Sequence record: MW822008.1
Source of the DNA: Escherichia phage BF17
Reading direction: 5' to 3' (one strand)
Length of the DNA stretch: 64,000 bases
The notes under the pieces were generated by a model. That model was not told the origin of the DNA. It worked only from the letters and a program-made list of their open reading frames with translations, and ran no database searches. Both the position numbers and the translations under genes were made by a program. Numbering within the stretch: position 1 is the stretch's first letter; each line of letters opens with the position of its first letter. This document shows, in pieces, positions 1 through 10,513 of the stretch.

Positions 1-75
1 ATTATTGAAGCTTTCAGTAAAGATGATATTTTGGCATTCATCGCTTCAGTAGAGGTTTCGAGCAACCCTAAATAA
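1..75 (+). CDS. 3' end of an upstream ORF (partial, last 24 codons)
   Basis: Open frame from window edge to TAA at 73-75; too short to assign function. Confidence 0.25.
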   Translation: MIEAFSKDDILAFIASVEVSSNPK

Positions 76-120
76 TAATGAAGAACACAAGTTCTTCGTA
101 ACAATTTGGGAGATACTATT

Positions 121-363
121 ATGCTCAGTTTTCGTGAACAATTAGCAAAAGGCCAATTCGCTGCTAAAGCTCAAACATCCATTCCTAAAAAGTCTGCTTT
201 CTTAGGGACGATTACAGAAGATGGTTATTGTGATTATGATGCACCAGAAGATTCATGGTACATTACGAAAGACACAAAACGTGGTAATAGACTTCACAAA
301 AGTACCATTGCTCGCAAACAACGAAAAGAATTGAAAAAAATTCGATTCGGTGAAGAAGAATAA
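121..363 (+). CDS. hypothetical protein
   Basis: ORF-track entry starts at TTG 106; ATG at 121 is preceded by GGGAGA; followed by hairpin terminator. Confidence 0.4.
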   Translation: MLSFREQLAKGQFAAKAQTSIPKKSAFLGTITEDGYCDYDAPEDSWYITKDTKRGNRLHKSTIARKQRKELKKIRFGEEE

Positions 364-374
364 AATATAAATTA

Positions 375-403
375 AGGACTCTGATTACAGAGTCCTTTCT
401 TTT
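375..403 (+). terminator. intrinsic terminator (hairpin AGGACTC/GAGTCCT + T-run)
   Basis: 7-bp inverted repeat followed by TTCTTTTC directly after stop at 363. Confidence 0.5.
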
Positions 404-414
404 CGGAGAATATA

Positions 415-891
415 ATGATACATGAACACCTAGGTAATTTGTTTGAATTATTCAACACTGTTACTGATGATCAAACCGCGTTGCATATAATCGCTCATGG
501 TTGTAATGCACAGGGTAAGATGGGTTCGGGTTTTGCAAAAGAACTAAGAAATCGTTATCCGATGGCATATGATGATTATAAAGCATATGAAAAGGAAATG
601 GGATTTCTAAGAACAGGACAAATTTCATATTCTTCTATAAGTGATGATTTGCTTATCGCAAACTGCATTACCCAAAAGTACTATGGTAATGACGGTTCTA
701 AGTATGTGAGTTATGATGCAATCGATGATGTTTTCAAACAACTCAATTACTTATGTAACGTTGAACGCACTGTTCATGTACACTTCCCGAAAATTGGAGC
801 CGATTTAGGCGGTGGTAACTGGAACGTTATCAAAGAAATCATTGACCACAGACTGGTTAATGCAGAAAAACACTTATACATTCTAAAATAA
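415..891 (+). CDS. macro-domain protein (TARG1/DarG-like ADP-ribose hydrolase fold)
   Basis: Motif AHGCNAQGKMGSGFA resembles TARG1-type AHCIS..MGAGIA; C-terminal FPKIGADLGGGNW resembles macro-domain FPAISTGVYGYP loop; GGAGAA RBS. Confidence 0.55.
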   Translation: MIHEHLGNLFELFNTVTDDQTALHIIAHGCNAQGKMGSGFAKELRNRYPMAYDDYKAYEKEMGFLRTGQISYSSISDDLLIANCITQKYYGNDGSKYVSYDAIDDVFKQLNYLCNVERTVHVHFPKIGADLGGGNWNVIKEIIDHRLVNAEKHLYILK

Positions 892-910
892 ACAAAAGGA
901 CTTGACAAAA

Positions 911-1219
911 ATGACTATGACCGTTAAACTACTAAACATCAACAGCGTTGGACCAGTACTAGCAATTCTACAAAATGATGCACCAGAAGCAGTAGTAGTT
1001 AACTACCCAGCACAGCTAGGTACTGACGAACAAGGTGAAATCATTCTACGTGATTACTTAGAATTCATTAGTTCTGAAAAAGGCGTTATTTTTTATAAAT
1101 CCAACATCATTAGTATCAGCGATGCAAACCCTGCACTAGTTGAAGCTTATGTTGAAGCAATCAAGGCAATCGAAGAAAAACCAGCACTGATTGTTCCTGA
1201 TAACAAAATCATCCTATAA
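911..1219 (+). CDS. hypothetical protein
   Basis: ORF track starts at TTG 902; first ATG at 911 with AAGGA RBS upstream. Confidence 0.4.
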   Translation: MTMTVKLLNINSVGPVLAILQNDAPEAVVVNYPAQLGTDEQGEIILRDYLEFISSEKGVIFYKSNIISISDANPALVEAYVEAIKAIEEKPALIVPDNKIIL

Positions 1220-1231
1220 TAGAGGTATCTA

Positions 1232-1609
1232 ATGGCTGCTCAAAACGTTAAAGTTAAAACTATCCAAGCTATTGTAGTACTGAAAGATTCTACTCCATCA
1301 CCAAAAGAACTGGTTATGGCTGGTATGACAATGCTACATCAGTACAATCCAGAATCACCTAACTATGTACTGGAATACGAAGCAAAGCAGTTTAAAGAAC
1401 ATTGGCAGTCATGGATTAAAGATAATGAAATGGAACAGGTTGTTTATGCTGCTGATGACATTTTCGAACTAGAACAAATCGAATATCTAGCAGGGCAACA
1501 ATCTGTACCATTGAGTAACTTCGGCAATGGGGAAGAAGTTTTAGTACTGGGACCATTTACCGCTGATGCCATCATGCACTTACTAAGTAATTGTAAAAAA
1601 GTTGGCTAA
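1232..1609 (+). CDS. hypothetical protein (weak PTH2-like pattern, unverified)
   Basis: 125-aa ORF with GAGGT RBS; C-terminal VLVLGPFTADAIMHLL loosely resembles peptidyl-tRNA hydrolase 2 C-terminus. Confidence 0.45.
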   Translation: MAAQNVKVKTIQAIVVLKDSTPSPKELVMAGMTMLHQYNPESPNYVLEYEAKQFKEHWQSWIKDNEMEQVVYAADDIFELEQIEYLAGQQSVPLSNFGNGEEVLVLGPFTADAIMHLLSNCKKVG

Positions 1610-1870
1610 AAAACAAATATTATCAGGTTACCGTAATAACACGTTGCACTACAATGACTTAAAGTACTGGGTTGACCCCCACAACAATAAGTCATTGTTG
1701 CTGTACAGAGATAAATTTCGAGATTTGTACGGTATATATGACACACAGTTAATATACTTAGTTGATACCGAACATTTTGCTCCTATAGTATACCTGTACT
1801 GCTTGTATAATTCCAAATAACTATTAGCACCTCTAAATAATGTATATAAACATTAATGAGGTGCTTTTTT

Positions 1871-2662
1871 ATGTCTTACGATTATATGGGTGGAAACCCA
1901 GATGCTCCAAACTTTGATCATCGTGAAAAACTGAAAGATGTTATCACTCAAATGTTAGGTGCTGGTGCAGTTGAAGTTGAAATTACTGATGGTCAATTGG
2001 AAATTGCGATTGATAATGCGGTATCAAACTACCGAGCATGGAGTTCTGCTTCAAAAGAAGAAGCATTCTTGAACATGAAATTCTATGATTCACAATCTGT
2101 ATACATGCTTCCTACTGAAGTTGAAATTGTTAAACAGATTTATCGTTATGGTAACGGTTATCTAAGTTCTGGTAGTGGTAACTCAGTTGACCCTTTTTCA
2201 CTTGCATTTACCAACACTTACCTTTTAACGTCTGCACGTAACGCTGGTGGTTATGACTTAACTACTTATGATTTTAGTTTTCAATTCCAAGAATTAGTTG
2301 GGCGTATGTTTGGTAGAGAAATCATCTTCCAGTTCAACCCAATGACCAAAAAACTAATAATTGATCGTGATATTCGCGGTACTGAAGAAGTGCTATTACA
2401 TGTATATCATAATATACCTGAACCATTGCTATTCCAACGTCAACAAAGCTATCCTTGGCTACGTGACTGGGCATTGTCTGAAGCTATGATTATGTTGGGT
2501 CGCAACCGTGCTAAATTTGCTACATTGCCTGGACCACAGGGTACATTCTCTATGGATGGTGATACATTACGTAATGAAGGTGCACAACTTCAAGAACAGC
2601 TTAAAGAACAGTTGAAGAGATACAAAGATGGTGGTGATCCACTTGGAATGATTATCGGATAA
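1871..2662 (+). CDS. hypothetical protein
   Basis: ATG at 1871 has GAGGTG RBS (ORF track begins at 1856); followed by strong terminator. Confidence 0.5.
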   Translation: MSYDYMGGNPDAPNFDHREKLKDVITQMLGAGAVEVEITDGQLEIAIDNAVSNYRAWSSASKEEAFLNMKFYDSQSVYMLPTEVEIVKQIYRYGNGYLSSGSGNSVDPFSLAFTNTYLLTSARNAGGYDLTTYDFSFQFQELVGRMFGREIIFQFNPMTKKLIIDRDIRGTEEVLLHVYHNIPEPLLFQRQQSYPWLRDWALSEAMIMLGRNRAKFATLPGPQGTFSMDGDTLRNEGAQLQEQLKEQLKRYKDGGDPLGMIIG

Positions 2663-2672
2663 AACAAAAAAA

Positions 2673-2698
2673 AGACTCCTATATGGGGTCTTTTTTTA
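2673..2698 (+). terminator. intrinsic terminator
   Basis: AGACTCC-TATAT-GGGGTCT hairpin followed by T7. Confidence 0.7.
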
Positions 2699-2702
2699 TA
2701 TG

Positions 2703-2714
2703 TTGTGATATAAT
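2703..2714 (+). promoter_or_regulatory. extended -10 element TGTGATATAAT
   Basis: Same 12-mer TGTGATATAATG as in promoters at 15043 and 44343; no clear -35. Confidence 0.4.
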
Positions 2715-2741
2715 GATAATATTAATCTAAAGGAACCTGAC

Positions 2742-3020
2742 ATGAATAACAACATAGATGTAATGTATGCAATGTATAACAAATATACTTGTGGAGCACC
2801 TACATTGGATTATGAATCAACCGAAAAGAACTGGAAATTTATAAAAGAATCAATCGTAGATGTTTTCGGTAGAGATCGAATAAACGCGTGGGCGAGTATA
2901 TGTCGTGATGATAATGGAGAAACATTCTACATCACTTATGTTACTATATATTATGGGAGCGAGTTTATAGTTGGATTACTTGAATGTTTAGTAGGAAAGG
3001 ATTTAGTAGTACTTATATAA
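2742..3020 (+). CDS. hypothetical protein
   Basis: 92-aa ORF with AAGGAA RBS. Confidence 0.4.
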   Translation: MNNNIDVMYAMYNKYTCGAPTLDYESTEKNWKFIKESIVDVFGRDRINAWASICRDDNGETFYITYVTIYYGSEFIVGLLECLVGKDLVVLI

Positions 3021-3038
3021 TATACATGGAGAAGTATT

Positions 3039-3665
3039 ATGGAAAGACAAATAATTGCAATTAACGGTACTATCGGTAGCGGCAAAGATACTTTTGGTGA
3101 AACTTTTATCAATAATGGTTACACAAGAATGTCATTTGCAACTAATCTTAAAGATTCAGTTGCTGCTATCTTTGGATGGGATCGTGAAATGCTTGAGGGT
3201 TCGACTAAGGAAAGTCGTAAACTCCGTGAAGAGCCAGACCAGTACTGGTGTGAGAAGTTGGGGCGTGATGATGTTTCCCCTCGTTGGGTATTACAGAATT
3301 ACGGTACTAATATTTTGCGTAAGTACTTTCATAATGATATTTGGGTCCATAGCTTAGAGAAGTCAATGCAATCTGTTGAAGGGAATATTATCATTACTGA
3401 CTGCCGATTTCCAAATGAACTAAAAATGATTCGTTCATTAAATGGTATTGTGATTGAAGTTCAGCGTACCCTCCCACACTGGTATGGTTTAGCAGCATCT
3501 TTTAATAAAGGTGATATTAGCATGAAACCAATTGAGTTAGAATCAGTTCATGAATCTGAATGGGCGTGGATTGGTATCAATAATCCTGATATCATTGTAC
3601 AAAATAATAGCACAATTGAAGCGTTGCACCAACAAGCATTGAGCGTTATTTATGCCAATAAGTGA
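3039..3665 (+). CDS. P-loop nucleotide kinase, dNMP-kinase-like (T4 gp1-like)
   Basis: N-terminal Walker A INGTIGSGKDT resembles T4 gp1 LSGVKRSGKDT; GGAGAAG RBS. Confidence 0.55.
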   Translation: MERQIIAINGTIGSGKDTFGETFINNGYTRMSFATNLKDSVAAIFGWDREMLEGSTKESRKLREEPDQYWCEKLGRDDVSPRWVLQNYGTNILRKYFHNDIWVHSLEKSMQSVEGNIIITDCRFPNELKMIRSLNGIVIEVQRTLPHWYGLAASFNKGDISMKPIELESVHESEWAWIGINNPDIIVQNNSTIEALHQQALSVIYANK

Positions 3666-3759
3666 AATTAAAACAATTAGGACTTGACATTCAAATCCTT
3701 CAATAAATAAGACTATACGAATATAATTCGAATAACCAATTATTTTTGGAGGATTTAAT

Positions 3760-6423
3760 ATGGCAGGAGATCTACTCTCACCTGGCGTTTCCATTTCAGT
3801 AACTGATGAAAGTATGAGTACTGCTGCTGCTCCTGGCACAGTACCACTATTTGTAATCGCTACTGCTGAAGACAAACTTGTTCCTGGTAGCAGTGCAATC
3901 GCTGCGGGAACCACTAAAGCAAACGCTGGTAAACTACAGCTACTAACATCACAGAAAAGCTCACTAGATACATTTGGCTCACCAATTTTCCAAATGAACA
4001 ATGGTTCAGTTGTTCAAGGTGACGAACTAAACGAATATGGTCTACATGCTGTATATTCTTATCTAGGCATCACCAACCGTGCATATGTTATTCGTGCTGA
4101 TATCGATTTAGCTCAACTATCACCAAGTGCAACTGCACCAACTGGTCCAGTACCAAATGGTACTCTATGGTTTGATGCTGCTCAATCACAAATTGAAGCT
4201 TATGTTGCTAAGAAAGACAGCCCAAGCAGCTTCTATGACTGGCAATTGAAGCCTGTTACCATCGTAAGTTCTGAAGAAGTTGACGATGTTAGCCTAGTTG
4301 GTCTAAACGTTGATGATCTAGTTCTACGTTATAAGCCAAGTAATGGTCAAATGCTTATGTACAAACGTGCAGCATCTGGTCTAGTACAGGTTGAAACTTA
4401 TCTATCACCAATCAACAAAGTTCCAGTTGGTTCAACTGTTGAACAAGGTAACGTATGGATTCGTGATGGTTATACTCAAAATGGTTCAAACTATTTTGGT
4501 ACTCGTTTTGTTCTAAAACGTTATGCATCTCTAACTCAAGTTTGGAATATCGTTCCAGCATATACTGGTAATTCTTTCCAAGAAGTTGAAGCTAAGAGTG
4601 GTGTACTAAACAACAGTTATATTGCTTGCCGTTTTGATGACGATAGTAAGAGTTTCTCTTTCTATATTCAAAGTGCAAAACTATCAGCAATTAGTGCTCC
4701 AGCAGTACCACTAGGTGAAACTGTTATTGAGCAAGCTGGTGAAGATAGTTATTTGACTTTCGCTTACCTAAACAAATCTGTTAAAGTACTTGCAGTACCA
4801 CAAGGTGGCGTAATTAATACTCAAACTATCATCGATAATCTAAATGTTAGTGCTGATCTTATCAATGATGGATTCAAATTCAAACGTGAATCTAATGGCG
4901 GTTTGGTAGTTACAAACACCAAAGGTTATAGCTTTAAAGTTACCCAAAGCGGTGATGATATTTTTGCAGCGAATGAACTAGCTAAACTAACTGTAGATAG
5001 TAACAACTATTCTCTAGTTAACGTTAATAACTTACGTGTTAGCTCTTCTGTTCCACGTAGTATTGCTAAAGACGGTACTATTTGGTATGATTTCGGTAAT
5101 TCCGATAACCTAACTGTTACCATGTACATTGCAGATGTTGCAAATGACGAATGGGATCTAGTACAAGAAGATAACAAATATGTTCAAGTTGATGAACCTG
5201 CGGCAGACCGTCTAATTTGGGTACGCCCTCTATCTCAAGGAATTGATGGTTATGATTTCTATCGTAACGTTGATGGTGAGTGGGTTAAACTAGACAATAC
5301 TGACCAAAGTACTCTAAACGGTATGATTTTCGCTGACTTTAACTTCCCTGAACAAGTTGCTTCTGCTGCTCTTTATCAGAATGGTATGCTTGCAATTGAC
5401 CTCGGTAATACCGAAGGTGTTGTTAAGAAAATGGTTAATGGTCAATGGCAAGTTGTTAGTGGTGTTAGTCTTGATGGTGCAGGTCTATTCGGTCGTGCAG
5501 CACAACGCAAACTAATCGTTGAAGCACTAGCTGCTGTAATCGTCGGTAATGATGATATCCGTTCTGAATTCATCGACTTCAACCTAATCTGTGTTCCTGG
5601 TTATGTAGAAACTCTAGATGAATGTATTACCCTAAACACTGATCGTAAAGAAACAGCGTTCATTGTAACTGATGTACCTGCTCGTTTGAACCCAACCGGA
5701 AACGGTAGTGCAGTTCAAGAATGGGCTACTAACGCGAATAACGCACCAAGTAATGGTTCAGTAGGCCGTACTTCTGCATATGATTATGCTGCTCAGTACA
5801 TGGGCTGGTGTCTAAGTACTAACGTTGATGGTGAAGAAGTAGCGGTTCCAGGCAGTACTGTTGCAATGCGTACCTATGCGTACAGTGATAGTGTTAGTTT
5901 TGTATGGTATCCACCTGCTGGTACTACTCGTGGTGTTGTAACCAATGCTGCAAGTACTGGTTTCATTAACAGTGAAGGTGAATATCAACCAGTAGTATAC
6001 AACCAAGGTCAACGTGACGTGATGTATACCAACAACATTAACCCAATTGCAATGCGTCCTAACCGTGGCTTGCTAGTATATGGTGATAAAACACTATCTG
6101 CTAACCAAACCTCTGCACTAAGCCGTGTTAACGTTGCTCGTTTGGTTGTTTACATTCGTCGTCAACTAGAAATCATCTCTGAACCATTCCTATTCCGTTT
6201 GAATACTCCAAGTACTCGTCAGGAATTCAGTGGTGTAGTGAATAGCTTCCTAGCTGAAATCGTTCAACAACAAGGTCTATATAACTTCGCAGTTGTTTGT
6301 GACGAAAGTAACAACACTTCTGAACGTATTGACCGTAATGAACTTTGGATGGATATTGCAATCCAACCTACTAAGTCTATCAACTTCATTTACGTACCTA
6401 TTCGTATTGAAAAGACTCAATAA
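3760..6423 (+). CDS. tail sheath protein
   Basis: 887 aa; N-terminus MAGDLLSPGVSISVTDES resembles T4 gp18 start LLSPGIELKE; followed by putative tube genes; GGAGG RBS. Confidence 0.75.
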   Translation: MAGDLLSPGVSISVTDESMSTAAAPGTVPLFVIATAEDKLVPGSSAIAAGTTKANAGKLQLLTSQKSSLDTFGSPIFQMNNGSVVQGDELNEYGLHAVYSYLGITNRAYVIRADIDLAQLSPSATAPTGPVPNGTLWFDAAQSQIEAYVAKKDSPSSFYDWQLKPVTIVSSEEVDDVSLVGLNVDDLVLRYKPSNGQMLMYKRAASGLVQVETYLSPINKVPVGSTVEQGNVWIRDGYTQNGSNYFGTRFVLKRYASLTQVWNIVPAYTGNSFQEVEAKSGVLNNSYIACRFDDDSKSFSFYIQSAKLSAISAPAVPLGETVIEQAGEDSYLTFAYLNKSVKVLAVPQGGVINTQTIIDNLNVSADLINDGFKFKRESNGGLVVTNTKGYSFKVTQSGDDIFAANELAKLTVDSNNYSLVNVNNLRVSSSVPRSIAKDGTIWYDFGNSDNLTVTMYIADVANDEWDLVQEDNKYVQVDEPAADRLIWVRPLSQGIDGYDFYRNVDGEWVKLDNTDQSTLNGMIFADFNFPEQVASAALYQNGMLAIDLGNTEGVVKKMVNGQWQVVSGVSLDGAGLFGRAAQRKLIVEALAAVIVGNDDIRSEFIDFNLICVPGYVETLDECITLNTDRKETAFIVTDVPARLNPTGNGSAVQEWATNANNAPSNGSVGRTSAYDYAAQYMGWCLSTNVDGEEVAVPGSTVAMRTYAYSDSVSFVWYPPAGTTRGVVTNAASTGFINSEGEYQPVVYNQGQRDVMYTNNINPIAMRPNRGLLVYGDKTLSANQTSALSRVNVARLVVYIRRQLEIISEPFLFRLNTPSTRQEFSGVVNSFLAEIVQQQGLYNFAVVCDESNNTSERIDRNELWMDIAIQPTKSINFIYVPIRIEKTQ

Positions 6424-6431
6424 AACACTAA

Positions 6432-6456
6432 GGGAACCTTTTGGTTCCCTTTTTTA
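6432..6456 (+). terminator. intrinsic terminator
   Basis: GGGAACC-TTTT-GGTTCCC hairpin + T6 directly after sheath stop. Confidence 0.75.
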
Positions 6457-6506
6457 TTGTTTAAAATTAAATACGTTATGTTATTAATTCAACGATCAGG
6501 AATAAT

Positions 6507-6653
6507 ATGGAAGAAATACTTAAAAAAACATTACAAGATGTAAGTAAAACTGTAGCAACACAGGACGATGCCGTAAAAATCCTTAAAGCTTTTATACAAA
6601 ATTTGGAACATTGTCGGTATAATTCGAGAATACAATGTTTACACAAATGGTAA
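6507..6653 (+). CDS. possible small ORF (48 aa) not in ORF track
   Basis: ATG with AGGA upstream in the 387-bp sheath-tube gap; translation MEEILKKTLQDVSKTVATQDDAVKILKAFIQNLEHCRYNSRIQCLHKW. Confidence 0.25.
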   Translation: MEEILKKTLQDVSKTVATQDDAVKILKAFIQNLEHCRYNSRIQCLHKW

Positions 6654-6810
6654 ATGGTCGGTTGGTGTAAACTATACAGATCATAAACAAGAAAAAAAGT
6701 ACTTGTATTGTGTGAATATAGATTGGTTTCCTGTTGATGAGATACTTCAATAAAAGTGTAAGTAATAGATAAATAATATAAAGATGTCATTCCATAACAG
6801 GAGAATATAA

Positions 6811-7497
6811 ATGGCTACAATGCTTGATCGATATGGCGTTCCGCTCGCTGGCGGTGGTCGTATCTCTATGAAACAACCTAAAGCAAAATATAAATTCCGT
6901 GTTGTTTTCTTTGGCTTCGGTGCTAACGACGATGGCAATATGATTACCCTAGATACCAACACCGTTGGTGCTGTATCTGTATCACATGAAAACGTCACTG
7001 TGCATAGTTATAACAGTTCTGCTCACTATAAAGGTAAGTATACTTGGGATACTATTGATGTGGCTTTCCGTGATTCAGTTGGTAATGCTTCTGCTAAAGC
7101 TCTTTATAACCAAATGCGTAAAGAATTTAACTATTACAGTCAAGAATCTCGTATGACTGATTCCCAGTTCAAATTTGAAATGTGGATTCAAGAGCTAGAT
7201 GGCTCCAATAGTGAAAACACTTCTAACCTTTTTGAAGGTACTTTGAGTACTTGGGTATGTCAAGGCTGCTTTATCGAATCTAGTAACTTTGGTGACTGGG
7301 ATTATTCCTCAAGTGAAGCACAAGTTATTTCTATGACAATTCAACCAGACGGCTGTGCAAAACTCGGTCCTAATGGTGAAGCGTTCGGTGATGAAATTAC
7401 TGGTTTCGGTAACCCATCCACTGCTACCTCTATTAGTGGTGCACAAACCAACATTAGTAGTACTACTCTACCAGATAGTAACTTCTACGAAAATTAA
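6811..7497 (+). CDS. putative tail tube protein
   Basis: Directly downstream of sheath; paralogous to next gene (shared YGVPL...QPKAKYKFRV and DSVGNASAKAL motifs). Confidence 0.55.
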   Translation: MATMLDRYGVPLAGGGRISMKQPKAKYKFRVVFFGFGANDDGNMITLDTNTVGAVSVSHENVTVHSYNSSAHYKGKYTWDTIDVAFRDSVGNASAKALYNQMRKEFNYYSQESRMTDSQFKFEMWIQELDGSNSENTSNLFEGTLSTWVCQGCFIESSNFGDWDYSSSEAQVISMTIQPDGCAKLGPNGEAFGDEITGFGNPSTATSISGAQTNISSTTLPDSNFYEN

Positions 7498-7515
7498 TTT
7501 TTCTTTTAAACGTAA

Positions 7516-7543
7516 GCCTCGAACTAGTTCGGGGCTTTTTTTA
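7516..7543 (+). terminator. intrinsic terminator
   Basis: GCCTCGAAC/GTTCGGGGC hairpin + T7. Confidence 0.6.
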
Positions 7544-7586
7544 TGCTAAATAAAGTATAATACCTTATAAAATAAAAGAGGTTGCT

Positions 7587-8363
7587 ATGGCAAATAACAT
7601 GATTAATAAATATGGCGTTCCTCTACCATCAGGACGTAACCGTTCAATGTTACAACCGAAAGCAAAATACAAATTTCGTGTTATTGTATATAATTTCGGT
7701 ACTGATATAGATGAGCGTGATCACATTGCATTAGATGTTGATAAAGTTGATAGACCTACTGTTACTTTCAGTACTCATAAACTATATCAATTTACAACAA
7801 ATACATCTTACATTGGTAGTCACGATTGGGACCCAATTACTTTAACTATCCGTGATTCAGTTGGTAATGCATCAGCAAAAGCCTTGTCACGACAATTACA
7901 GAAACAATTAGATTTTCAACGAAGAATTACTTCCAGAACTGACCATGATTATGGTTCATATAAGTTCGGAATTGTCATTCAGATGTTGAATGGTCGCAAC
8001 TCTGATGATACACTAGAAGACTTGGGAAGAAACACATTAGTTAATGCAACAACTGCCGCTACCAACAATACTGGATTAGTCAACGCTGTTGATCAGTTCA
8101 TTGGTGGTTCATCATACAATAGTGCTGGCGTTATGGAGTACTTTGTACTAACAGGATGTGTTATACAAAATATATCATATGATTCACTTGACTATAGTTC
8201 AAGTTCTCCTGTTGAAATGGTTATTACAATAAAACCTGATAATTGTATCCAATTCGATAATATCGAAGAAATGTACAGTACTAGAATAAATTCACTTTTA
8301 CCTGAAAACGTAAACCAAGGATTAGATATCATTGACCGTGTTTTCGGTAGCATTGGATTATAA
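7587..8363 (+). CDS. putative tail tube protein (paralogue)
   Basis: Paralogue of 6811-7497; AGAGG RBS. Confidence 0.55.
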   Translation: MANNMINKYGVPLPSGRNRSMLQPKAKYKFRVIVYNFGTDIDERDHIALDVDKVDRPTVTFSTHKLYQFTTNTSYIGSHDWDPITLTIRDSVGNASAKALSRQLQKQLDFQRRITSRTDHDYGSYKFGIVIQMLNGRNSDDTLEDLGRNTLVNATTAATNNTGLVNAVDQFIGGSSYNSAGVMEYFVLTGCVIQNISYDSLDYSSSSPVEMVITIKPDNCIQFDNIEEMYSTRINSLLPENVNQGLDIIDRVFGSIGL

Positions 8364-8374
8364 GGAGATAACCC

Positions 8375-9469
8375 ATGAGTGATTTTTTTGATTCATTTGT
8401 CAGTACTGGAACTAGTATAGTTAATGGTGTTATTGACAATATCAACATCATTAGAGAACCAGCTTTTGAGAATTATAACGCTGCACAACGTGTGTTTGGT
8501 ACAGCAGGTGAAATGGGTTTTTCATTCTATAATTTACCAAAATTTAAGAACAGTTTTATTATCGAATTTGTACTAACCCCGTTCGCAAAGAACTTTATTA
8601 AAACCCAACTCCCAGATACACATACTGATTTTGATGTTAATAATGTATCGTGCTTTGTAAAAGATGTAACACTTCCTAGTTTTTCTTTTAGTGTTGAAAC
8701 CGTAAACCAATACAACAAAAAACGTTTAGTTACTGGTGATATTGTTTATAAACCAAGTAATGTTGTCTTCTACGATACTGTTGATGGTGCTGGATATCTC
8801 CTAATGGACGCATATCGTAAGTTCTACTATGGTGACTTCTTTGACAAGAACCCACAATCTTACCGAAATGACGTACTCAGTACACCAGAAAATTTCAATG
8901 GTTTAGGTGGAAACTGGGGTCGTTCTGTAATGAACAATGGTAACTACGACAACCAGTACTTTTTCAAATCAATTAATATCTATGAAATTGATAATGAAAC
9001 CTATACAGTTCATAACATGATAAATGTATTCATCGAAGATATACAATTAGAAACTAAATCTATGGAAAGTGAAGGTGACCCAGCACTATTATCTTTGACT
9101 ATGCGTTATGAAGCGTGTAACAACTTTGGTCCTGAAGGGTACTTGAGTATTGGTGTCCCTACAATGGAAATTGCACAACTCATCACCGATACTGAAGGTC
9201 TTGGTGTGAGTGGATTCTTTAAGTACTTTGGTGAACTTGATGACAAAACTAAAGGAATTTCGACAGTTGGTAAAATTATCCGAGCAGGAACATCAGTTAG
9301 TGATATAATCAGTAGTGCTGGTGATATCCTTCGTGGTGACATTACTCCTGATACCATCCGAAACATAGGTTCCGCAGTGACAAGAGGTGCAAATGCTATT
9401 GGTTTAGGAAGCATCGTTTCTTCTGCAAGCTCAAAATTCGGATTAGGTAACATATTAGGAGATTTTTAA
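8375..9469 (+). CDS. hypothetical virion protein (possibly tube-initiator-like)
   Basis: 364-aa ORF immediately after tube genes; AAGGAG RBS; no motif recognised. Confidence 0.4.
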   Translation: MSDFFDSFVSTGTSIVNGVIDNINIIREPAFENYNAAQRVFGTAGEMGFSFYNLPKFKNSFIIEFVLTPFAKNFIKTQLPDTHTDFDVNNVSCFVKDVTLPSFSFSVETVNQYNKKRLVTGDIVYKPSNVVFYDTVDGAGYLLMDAYRKFYYGDFFDKNPQSYRNDVLSTPENFNGLGGNWGRSVMNNGNYDNQYFFKSINIYEIDNETYTVHNMINVFIEDIQLETKSMESEGDPALLSLTMRYEACNNFGPEGYLSIGVPTMEIAQLITDTEGLGVSGFFKYFGELDDKTKGISTVGKIIRAGTSVSDIISSAGDILRGDITPDTIRNIGSAVTRGANAIGLGSIVSSASSKFGLGNILGDF

Positions 9470-10486
<1,017 letters not shown>

Positions 10487-10513
10487 CTTAAACGACCTTA
10501 TGGAGTTATTAAA

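Noticed and set aside
1602-1820. 72-aa ORF from the track
   Set aside because: Begins at TTG with no in-frame ATG and no RBS; Y/L-rich translation reflects AT-rich intergenic sequence.
3684-3727. TTGACA (3684-3689) with TATAAT (3722-3727) upstream of the sheath gene
   Set aside because: Spacing between the hexamers is ~32 bp, incompatible with one sigma70 promoter; they may be unrelated matches.
3055-4001. Overlapping ORFs 3055-3357 (+) and 3543-4001 (-)
   Set aside because: Embedded in or antisense to the kinase and sheath genes, hydrophobic low-complexity translations, no RBS.
6476-6998. Minus-strand ORFs 6476-6790 and 6747-6998 in the sheath-tube gap
   Set aside because: No RBS, translations look random, and the second overlaps the well-supported tube gene on the opposite strand.
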